This document shows positions 56,630-64,000 of a DNA stretch of 64,000 nucleotides, piece by piece (positions within the stretch are counted from its first letter, which is position 1; every line of letters starts with the position of its first letter). The notes below the pieces were generated by a model that was not told where the DNA came from, searched no databases, and was given only the letters and a program-made list of their open reading frames with translations. The translations under genes were made by a program, and so were the position numbers. Location of the stretch: NCBI GenBank assembly GCA_041749375.1, contig JBGTBN010000071.1:2297-66296 (forward strand). The letters run 5' to 3'. The stretch is from Spirochaetota bacterium (GTDB lineage: Bacteria > Spirochaetota > UBA4802 > UBA5550).

Positions 56630-57000
56630 TCATTTTGCCCAGATTATTTTTTCGTAATTTTTCACGCCCTGGTTATTAATAGAAGCTTTCCAGTGGGAGC
56701 TGACCGCGGCGCCCGCGAAGTCCGCGTTCCTGAAATACGCGTTGCAGGTAACTGCCTTTGGCCGGTTCGCGGCGTTTTCCGATCCGTTCTCATCCGGCGC
56801 ATTGGCTGCCAAACCATGTTCCATAAATCCGCCCCGCTCAGGTCAACATCGTGGAAATATGCATCGATCAGCACGGCTTCCCTGAATTATGCATCAGATT
56901 ATTGAAATCATATCCCGAGTGGTTAACGCCGATCAGTTTCTGGCTTTTTTGCAGCATCCGAATTTTCCGCTCTTGAAATCGGCTGCTGCCAGTTCCAGAA
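56630..57000 (-). pseudogene. Degraded pentapeptide-repeat gene
   Basis: Fragments in different frames: LAAADFKSGKF; *FREAVLIDAYFHDVDLSGADLW; NAYFRNADFAGA; stops and frameshifts. Confidence 0.55.
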
Positions 57001-57325
57001 TGACTATTGATGCGACATCCCGGGAATGTGCTCATCTCACAACTGGCTTTCGTTGTAATATTCAGCGATATACATTGCCTGTATTTATCATGATATTAAA
57101 TTAGCCACGGAGTAACACGGTTGTTCACGGATTGCCGGTTTGTTACAATGATTATTTAGTTCATCCATGATAATCGTGAAAATCTGCTGCAAATTGAATG
57201 GCTTGTCACATTGCATATAACATGTTTACTCACATGCTTCAAGATAAACTATGGGATGTTATTTTCTTGACTTTTTTGCGTTAGGAGTTATAAGGATATC
57301 ATCATTTTAAATAAGGAGGCCGGTT

Positions 57326-57583
57326 ATGGAAGAGCAAAAAATCGGTATCGTGGTCAAATTCTTCGCAAAGCCGAGCGTGGCGGCGATAGAATTGACCGAT
57401 GGCTCCCTTAAAGTGGGTGAAACCATACATATTCATGGCAGCAGCACCGACTTCCAGCAGACGATCGATTCCATGCAGATCGAGCACGCGTCGGTCACGA
57501 CCGCTGATCAGGGCGCGTCTATTGGCATCAAGGTCAAGGACCGCGTACGCGAACATGACGTCGTGTACCTGGTGAAGGCGTAG
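57326..57583 (+). CDS. Translation elongation factor-like small beta-barrel protein (U32 C-terminal-like)
   Basis: IG.V..FF.K.SVAAI.L..G.L.VG..IHI.G..TDF.Q...SMQI; AAGGAGG RBS. Confidence 0.8.
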   Translation: MEEQKIGIVVKFFAKPSVAAIELTDGSLKVGETIHIHGSSTDFQQTIDSMQIEHASVTTADQGASIGIKVKDRVREHDVVYLVKA

Positions 57584-57769
57584 TGTCAATCTGAGCCGGG
57601 GGGACGAGCGGCGGCTTCAGTCTGTCGGGAGCAGTAGTATGCAAAAAATGGTGCAAATTTCTTGCAGTTCACTAAATAATTCTTGAAATGTCTCGCAGAG
57701 AAAGACACATTTACAATATTGATTATATATAACATGTGCCTGTGAGAGATCATCGGAGGGAGGTTGCGT

Positions 57770-57973
57770 ATGAATAGCATTTACAAGGTTGTCGAAATAA
57801 TTGGTACCAGCGATAAATCATGGGAAGACGCATCACGAAGCGCTATAGAAATGGCATCCAAGACCCTTAAAGAGCTGCGGGTCGCCGAGGTGAAGGAGAT
57901 GGACATCAGCGTTGACAATGGCAAGCTTACATATCGGATAAAATTGCGGCTGTCATTCAAATTCGTCGACTGA
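57770..57973 (+). CDS. Dodecin family protein
   Basis: YKVVEIIGTS..SWEDA..A.KTL..LR.AEV...Y...L.LSF. Confidence 0.88.
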   Translation: MNSIYKVVEIIGTSDKSWEDASRSAIEMASKTLKELRVAEVKEMDISVDNGKLTYRIKLRLSFKFVD

Positions 57974-58106
57974 TACCGGGCAAACCGATCGAACTGGCCG
58001 GCGTAAACTGGCCGGCTTTTTAAATGAATTGAATTGAATATAGAACAGAATTGTTACAAGAGGCCGTGTTGGTGCCTTATTATGTTCAGAAAATGGGGAG
58101 TTTTAC

Positions 58107-58460
58107 ATGGGATTAATGGATATACTTGGTGAAGTCGCCGGAGCCGTGGGTAAACAGAAAGGGGCCAGCAAGGGTCTGCTTGACGGGGTCGTGGACCTGC
58201 TAAAAGGGAGTGGTCTCAACAGCATTCTGGGCAGCCTGAAGGACAGCGGGCTGGAGGATATCGTATCATCATGGATCAGCACCGGGAAGAACAAGCCGAT
58301 CTCGATCGACCAGATCAGGGAGGCGCTCGGCAGCGAAAAGCTTGAGGCGCTCGCCGGTCGGGCCGGGATACCTGTAGATCAATCGTCAAAGCTCCTGAAA
58401 GAGATGCTTCCGGATATTATTGACAGGTTGAGCCCGAACGGAAAATTGCCGAAAGAATAA
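58107..58460 (+). CDS. YidB/DUF937 family protein
   Basis: GL..IV.SWI.TG.N.PIS..Q....LG, LP.IID.LSP.G. Confidence 0.85.
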   Translation: MGLMDILGEVAGAVGKQKGASKGLLDGVVDLLKGSGLNSILGSLKDSGLEDIVSSWISTGKNKPISIDQIREALGSEKLEALAGRAGIPVDQSSKLLKEMLPDIIDRLSPNGKLPKE

Positions 58461-58500
58461 GGGTATTCAGAGCAAGTAATTCAGGGGCGCCGGAAGTGAT

Positions 58501-59667
58501 ATGATGCGTACCGGTCTTGAAAGGCTTCTGGCAAAACCTGATGCGGTCAGGGGCAGGGGAGTCGGATTAATAGCGAACCATACCTCTGTGGCAGGTGAGT
58601 TCCGTTACGGGTGGGACCTCCTCCGGTCCGCCGGCGTAGACATTCGGAAAATTTTCTCGCCGGAGCACGGCCTGTTCGGCGAAGAACAGGACCAGGTCGC
58701 TTCGCCCGCATCAGACATTCCCTTCAAGGTTGTAAGCCTCTATGGCGACTCGGCTGAATCTCTTGCGCCGCTTGATTCTCACCTCGATGATATCGACTGC
58801 GTTTTATTCGACATACAGGACATCGGCACACGGTATTACACCTATCTGAATACACTGGTACTCTTCCTGGGTGCGATCAATGGAAAGGGCATCGAGCTCA
58901 TCGTGCTCGACCGGCCCAATCCGCTCAACGGGTTGACCGTGGAGGGGCCTGTACTGAAAAAAGGCTTCGAGTCCTTCGTGGGCCTGCTCCCGGTATCGGT
59001 CAGGCACGGTCTTACCGCGGGCGAGATGGCACGCCTGGCGCTTGATTATCACAATTACGATGTAAAGCTGACGGTGATCGAGATGACAGGATGGACAAGG
59101 GACCAGTATTATGACGATACCGGCCTCGCCTGGATGCCTCCTTCCCCTAACATGCCGACGCTGAACACGGCCCTCGTGTATCCCGGCGCCTGTCTTCTCG
59201 AAGGGACCAGCGTGTCAGAGGGGAGGGGGACAACGACCCCTTTTGAGATATCAGGGGCACCCGGCATTGATCCGTACAAGCTCACCAACCGGCTTAACGG
59301 ACTTCGCCTGCCCGGCGTTATCTTCCGCCCGTTGTTTTTCAAGCCGACTTTTAACAAGTACGCGGGCCGTACCATCGGCGGTTCATGCATCCATGTAACA
59401 GAACGCGACCTGTTCAGGCCGTTCATGACTGGAGTCACGGTGACGATGGTGTACAGGGAAATGTTCCCCGGTTTCAGTTTCTCAACGGGAGCATACGAGT
59501 TCAACACGTCCCATCCCGCATTTGACCTTCTTGCCGGAAGCGGCGCTATAAGGGAGATGATAGAGGCCGGAAAACCTCTCGGTCGGGTTGAATCCCTCTG
59601 GGAAAAGGAGGAAAAAATGTTCTCCGGAATTGCAGGGGAATATCACCGCTACGGGGACCGTTCATGA
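58501..59667 (+). CDS. Exo-beta-N-acetylmuramidase NamZ (DUF1343) family
   Basis: N.TS, F.PEHG, DIQDIG.RYYTY, LDRPNP, RHG.T.GE, PSPNMP, SEGRGT..PFE. Confidence 0.9.
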   Translation: MMRTGLERLLAKPDAVRGRGVGLIANHTSVAGEFRYGWDLLRSAGVDIRKIFSPEHGLFGEEQDQVASPASDIPFKVVSLYGDSAESLAPLDSHLDDIDCVLFDIQDIGTRYYTYLNTLVLFLGAINGKGIELIVLDRPNPLNGLTVEGPVLKKGFESFVGLLPVSVRHGLTAGEMARLALDYHNYDVKLTVIEMTGWTRDQYYDDTGLAWMPPSPNMPTLNTALVYPGACLLEGTSVSEGRGTTTPFEISGAPGIDPYKLTNRLNGLRLPGVIFRPLFFKPTFNKYAGRTIGGSCIHVTERDLFRPFMTGVTVTMVYREMFPGFSFSTGAYEFNTSHPAFDLLAGSGAIREMIEAGKPLGRVESLWEKEEKMFSGIAGEYHRYGDRS

Positions 59668-61118
59668 TGCTGGATATCGCAATAATCGCATTCTACATGC
59701 TTGCAGTCAATATTGTTGGTCTCTCGTGCGCACGCGTCAAATCGGTTAACGATTATTTTTTAGGCAATCGCACCATACCCTGGCCCGTGGCCTGCTTTTC
59801 GATCGTTGCCACTGAAACAAGCTCTTTGACTTTCATATCAATACCGGGTCTTGCCTATATCTCGAACCTGGGTTTCATGCAGGTGGCGCTCGGCTATGTC
59901 CTGGGGCGGTTCCTGGTTGCCGGCGTTCTTCTCCCCCGGTATTTTGCCGGCAATATGGAAACAGCGTACCAGTTCTTGCAGAACCGATTCGGTCTGACTG
60001 CGCGCAGGGCAATATCCGTCATATTTCACATAACCCGTCTGCTTGCAGACGGTATACGCTTGTTCGCCACGGCGATCCCACTATCACTCCTCCTTGGGTT
60101 TGACGGGTACTGGCAGGCGATTATAATCATAGGACTTACCACGTTTTTCTACACCCTCTACGGCGGGATCCGCTCTGTTGCGATCGTCGATACCATCCAG
60201 CTGGTAGTCTACCTGGTGAGCGCGGTAACGGGAATCTTCGTGATTTCGCACATGATGGACATGCCGATCTCTGCGATCTTTCATAAGATCCCGGCCGACA
60301 GGCTGATATTCTTTTCATCGGGCCTCGAAAACGGGGTGGAGGGATTTTTCGGGACGTATAACATCTTCTCCGGTGTCATCGGCGGCGCGCTCCTTTCGTT
60401 CGCCTCTCACGGGACCGATCATCTCATCGTCCAGAGGGTGCTCTCCTGCCGCGACCTCAACGCAGCGCGCAAGGCAATGGTATGGAGCGGGATCCTGGTG
60501 TTCGTGCAGTTTGCGCTGTTCATGATCTGGGGGCTGTTCATCTACGCGGCCCTGGGAGGGAGGACGTTCGATTTACCCGATACGATCATGCCCTATTTCA
60601 TCATAAACACGCTCCCTCCGGGGGTCAAGGGCCTGATGTTAGCGGGAATATTCGCCGCGGCCATGTCCACGATCGGTTCGTCCATCAATTCCATTGCCTC
60701 GTCAACGGCGATGGACCTGCTGATGATCTCGGGGAAGGATATGCCGGAGAAGCGAAAAGTGATGGTTTCACGCCTTATATCTCTCGGGTGGACCTTTGTC
60801 ATGATGCTCATCGCGGTCTTCCTGCATGACACGAAAAGCCCCCTCGTGGAGCTTGGTCTGAGCATCGCGTCGATCACCTATGGCGGCATGCTGGGTATTT
60901 TCCTGCAGGGCGCCCTGTTCGAGAAATTCAGCGACCGGGCGGCGCTTGCTGGCGTGATGACGAGCATCGTCACCGTGCTGGTCGTATCGGCTGCGTTCAA
61001 GGTGTTCTGGCCCTGGTTCGTCCCCATCGGGTTCACGGTATCGTTCGTGACCGGAACGGCACTGAACATGGCTGCAAAGAAGAAGGATGGTCTTACTCCT
61101 GGGAGAGGTCTTCGATGA
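59664..61118 (+). CDS. Sodium:solute symporter (SSS family)
   Basis: DYFL, S.VATETS..TF, YT..GG, G.D...VQR.L, AAAMST..SS.NS. Confidence 0.9.
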   Translation: MMLDIAIIAFYMLAVNIVGLSCARVKSVNDYFLGNRTIPWPVACFSIVATETSSLTFISIPGLAYISNLGFMQVALGYVLGRFLVAGVLLPRYFAGNMETAYQFLQNRFGLTARRAISVIFHITRLLADGIRLFATAIPLSLLLGFDGYWQAIIIIGLTTFFYTLYGGIRSVAIVDTIQLVVYLVSAVTGIFVISHMMDMPISAIFHKIPADRLIFFSSGLENGVEGFFGTYNIFSGVIGGALLSFASHGTDHLIVQRVLSCRDLNAARKAMVWSGILVFVQFALFMIWGLFIYAALGGRTFDLPDTIMPYFIINTLPPGVKGLMLAGIFAAAMSTIGSSINSIASSTAMDLLMISGKDMPEKRKVMVSRLISLGWTFVMMLIAVFLHDTKSPLVELGLSIASITYGGMLGIFLQGALFEKFSDRAALAGVMTSIVTVLVVSAAFKVFWPWFVPIGFTVSFVTGTALNMAAKKKDGLTPGRGLR

Positions 61119-62046
61119 TCTTCAGTGACGAGTATCCGCAGGAGGTGTCGTTCTCATACATCGAGTCGAACAGGATTATTATCTCCGTGCGGATGTCCTT
61201 CTTGATTATAAAGTAGTATTCCCCGGCCAGTTTCCTGACAAGATCGATCCCCCTGCCGGTCTCGGATATCTGCGTTAGTATCTCGTCTTCATCAGCCGTG
61301 GCCTGGGTGAGAAGCGCGCTCTGCTTAATGACATTATTGATGCTGTCGAGAATGATCATTTTTGACAGCTTCCCCCTGTAGTCATCAATGGCAATGCCGT
61401 ATTTATACCGGGACCTTCCGAAAAAAATGTCGACGAATTGGCCTTCCTGTAGGGTGACCGGTATCCGCTGTTTTTTCTGTTCGGTCAGCCCGTGTGAGTG
61501 GTATACGGCATTGATAACCATCTCGTTGAGTATGAGGTTCAGCATGGTTCTGTTCACGATATTGAACCCCCATGCCAGTATCTCATCACAGACCATTGTT
61601 ATGGCCTTTTTTATCTGCATGGAGCTGTGAATCCGGATTTTCTTGGTTTCCAGAAGGCCGTCGATATAGTGATCGAGGCCGAAAATATTTTTCTTCGTGA
61701 TAAGCTTCTCCGCAAGGCTGAGCAATTCGTCCTTTTTGAACGGTTTGCACAGGACGTTCCCGATACCCTGGTTGAATATGACATCGAAAAACGAGTCTAT
61801 GTCCCTGTCGGTCGTCATGATCATTGGGATATAGGGGTATGTCGAGGATATGTAATTGTACAGATCAAACGAGTTATCGCCCGGGAGCTCGACTTCCGAT
61901 ACGACAAGATCAACATCGACCGCCTTGAGTTTTTTCATGGCATCGTATGCCGATTCGCAAAGCTCGACGGTATAGCCGCTTTCCACGAACGTTTTTACGA
62001 TGGATTCTTTAAATATTGAGAAATCAACTACTAGTACAGTATGCAT
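61093..62046 (-). CDS. Atypical receiver + RsbW-like HATPase protein
   Basis: Receiver fold with VVSEVELP (Glu at the phospho-Asp site) and KPF; NEMVINAVYH N-box; ETGRGI G-box. Confidence 0.8.
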   Translation of the reverse strand: MHTVLVVDFSIFKESIVKTFVESGYTVELCESAYDAMKKLKAVDVDLVVSEVELPGDNSFDLYNYISSTYPYIPMIMTTDRDIDSFFDVIFNQGIGNVLCKPFKKDELLSLAEKLITKKNIFGLDHYIDGLLETKKIRIHSSMQIKKAITMVCDEILAWGFNIVNRTMLNLILNEMVINAVYHSHGLTEQKKQRIPVTLQEGQFVDIFFGRSRYKYGIAIDDYRGKLSKMIILDSINNVIKQSALLTQATADEDEILTQISETGRGIDLVRKLAGEYYFIIKKDIRTEIIILFDSMYENDTSCGYSSLKIIEDLSQE

Positions 62047-62389
62047 AGAATAATCCTGAAATTGTCGCCCAGTATGACGGGTTATCGAAGCCTGTGCTAT
62101 TATTATCGATATTCCCATGGAAATGATAAATGCCTTTTATTCTGCGGCACGGATGGTTCAAAGAGCTCATGATGAAGCGTATGATACAATACGTACCAGA
62201 TATAGCTGCACCGACGTCTAAATTCGGTCTATACAATATAATATACCTGATTATTGCCGTTTCAGGGAAAATTACTACAGAAAAATGGCCGTTTTGTACG
62301 AAAATAATATTGTAATTATAGTAATCTGGTTTATATTTTGCAGGCCGTTGCAACAAGGCATGCTCCATAACCAGACCGCCGGAGGATAT

Positions 62390-63085
62390 ATGAAAAAGCT
62401 GTTTCTTGTCAGTGCGTGCATCATGCTCATGGTTGCAGTATCAAGCGCGCAGGAAAGTGGTGATAAAGGACAGGCGTACAGGTTGTCGTCTGAATCTCTG
62501 GACCAGCAGGGCAAGGGGCTGGATACACAGGTCACCTCTCTCTCAAAACGCATGTCGGAAATAATCAAGAAATATGAGTTGCTCAAGGCTGACGGAGTTC
62601 GACTCATACCGTACCAGACGACCTATGTGCTGGGGCCAAACTTCATCGAAATGGAAAAACACAGCTTTAAAAAAGAGGATATTTATGCACGCGAGGTCGT
62701 TGGTATACAGACAAGAAAGGTAAAAATCTACACGGATGGTCAGAGCATATCCAAAATCGAGTCCGAGATTTATGACAGGGACTATTATTCGGGCACATCA
62801 TATGTCGTACGAATTTCAGACCCATCGCCAACGGGAGAGGGAACCGATGATATTATTTTCACTCACGTGGTTAACGGCAAGACGTTCCTCGACGGCAAGA
62901 AACTGGGCGATATAAAAAATACGACCGCATTCCCGATACGGAACGAGTTGAAGCGGGAATTCCTTATTCCACATTATTCGTATTTCATGAACTCGATGCT
63001 CTTTATCGCGGAGGCGTATTTCAAGGGACTCAAGGATGCGGAGTCGAGCATGTCGGAATTTCTCAAAAAGGCGAACAAATACTGA
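62390..63085 (+). CDS. Secreted protein resembling Leptospira flagellar-coiling sheath protein FcpB
   Basis: Signal peptide (SSA-Q); C-terminal NT..PIRN..K..F....YF...LK...KY pattern recalled from FcpB; GGAGG RBS. Confidence 0.55.
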   Translation: MKKLFLVSACIMLMVAVSSAQESGDKGQAYRLSSESLDQQGKGLDTQVTSLSKRMSEIIKKYELLKADGVRLIPYQTTYVLGPNFIEMEKHSFKKEDIYAREVVGIQTRKVKIYTDGQSISKIESEIYDRDYYSGTSYVVRISDPSPTGEGTDDIIFTHVVNGKTFLDGKKLGDIKNTTAFPIRNELKREFLIPHYSYFMNSMLFIAEAYFKGLKDAESSMSEFLKKANKY

Positions 63086-63104
63086 CGGGAACCAACACAT
63101 GATG

Positions 63105-63135
63105 AAAAAAGGCTGCCCGCATGGGCGGCCTTTTT
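63105..63135 (+). terminator. Intrinsic terminator
   Basis: AAAAAAGGCTGCCC-GCAT-GGGCGGCCTTTTT. Confidence 0.85.
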
Positions 63136-63312
63136 GTTTTTCCGGGGATAATAACCCGGATGGGCACGATCGGTTTCAAATAAAAGTGTTGACACCAATC
63201 ATGGGGAAATATTTTATTTTTTCCTATGAGTTTCGTCGCCAGTCCGTGTGTGGCCTGGTGCATCGTTTCTTCGTCATTCAATGAAATCAAAAAGTACCGA
63301 ACGGAGTAAATA

Positions 63313-64000
63313 ATGAAGCTGGCAGTTGTTGGTAGCGGATATGTCGGTCTGGTAACGGGAACATGTTTTGCTGACATGGGTAACGATGTTTGGTGCATCG
63401 ATATAGATAAAAAGAAAATACAGGGCCTGAAAGACGGGATCCTCCCGATCTATGAGCCGGGCCTAGAGGAAATGGTAAAGCGTAATTTTACAGAGGGGCG
63501 GCTCGCCTTCACGACGAACCTCAAGGAAGCGATAAGTGAAGCGCTCTTCGTGTTCATTGCAGTTGGCACACCGTCTGACGAGGATGGATCGGCCGACCTC
63601 CAGCACGTCATAGCAGTCGCGCGTGAGATCGGAAAGTGCATAGAGAAATATACCATCATCATAGACAAATCAACCGTGCCTGTCGGCACCGCGGAAAAGG
63701 TACGCGAGGCGGTGCGCGAGGAGCTGAAAAAGCGCGGCAAGACCGATATCGAATTCGACGTTGTCTCAAATCCGGAATTTTTAAAAGAGGGTAACGCGCT
63801 TGAAGATTTCATACGGCCCGATCGCGTCATTATCGGGACCGATACCGCCCGCGCCGCTGAGAAAATGCGCGAGCTCTATTCCACCTTCGTCCGCAAGGGC
63901 GACAGAGTGATGCTCATGGACATCCCTTCGGCCGAGCTCACCAAGTACGCAGCGAACGCGATGCTGGCCACGCGCATCAGCTTCATGAACGAGCTGGCCC
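63313..64000 (+). CDS. ugd: UDP-glucose/GDP-mannose dehydrogenase family (runs off the window end)
   Basis: [48 protein letters not shown]. Confidence 0.93.
   Translation, partial: MKLAVVGSGYVGLVTGTCFADMGNDVWCIDIDKKKIQGLKDGILPIYEPGLEEMVKRNFTEGRLAFTTNLKEAISEALFVFIAVGTPSDEDGSADLQHVIAVAREIGKCIEKYTIIIDKSTVPVGTAEKVREAVREELKKRGKTDIEFDVVSNPEFLKEGNALEDFIRPDRVIIGTDTARAAEKMRELYSTFVRKGDRVMLMDIPSAELTKYAANAMLATRISFMNELA

Noticed and set aside
1-64000. CRISPR array, rRNA/tRNA genes, prophage or IS transposase
   Set aside because: No repeat-spacer array, cloverleaf with TTC loop, integrase or transposase recognised by eye; a tRNAscan/Infernal run would be needed to exclude small RNAs

Overview
Gene-dense, mostly core chromosomal window from a bacterium. 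It is probably an anaerobic spirochaete related to the Leptospirae lineage: it has a Leptospira-type DUF1577 protein, an FcpB-like flagellar sheath protein and flgN-flgK-flgL-fliW-csrA, plus PFOR and ETF. The taxonomy is inferred. Housekeeping genes include proS, etfBA, rpmB, rsmD, glnS, gltX, a sirtuin, mutL, split coaC/coaB, amrB/amrA, lolE/lolD, archaeal-type aroA'/aroB', nifJ/PFOR and a partial ugd. No CRISPR array, rRNA, tRNA or transposase was seen. The main items worth follow-up are: (1) a 7-gene membrane operon (helical protein, SPFH-Zn ribbon, two DUF4178-like proteins, a tiny GGK-tailed peptide, DUF350, membrane aminopropyltransferase) of unresolved function; (2) a hidden UxxC selenoprotein that the ORF track splits, with a SECIS-like hairpin; (3) dispersed intergenic hairpins carrying CsrA-consensus GGA loops, in a window that also encodes CsrA/FliW; (4) an FcpB-like protein in an anaerobe; (5) a 1730-aa kinase-ATPase-GAF-PP2C protein; and (6) a near-perfect Rex operator before PFOR. 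All family calls come from motif recognition by eye, not database searches.
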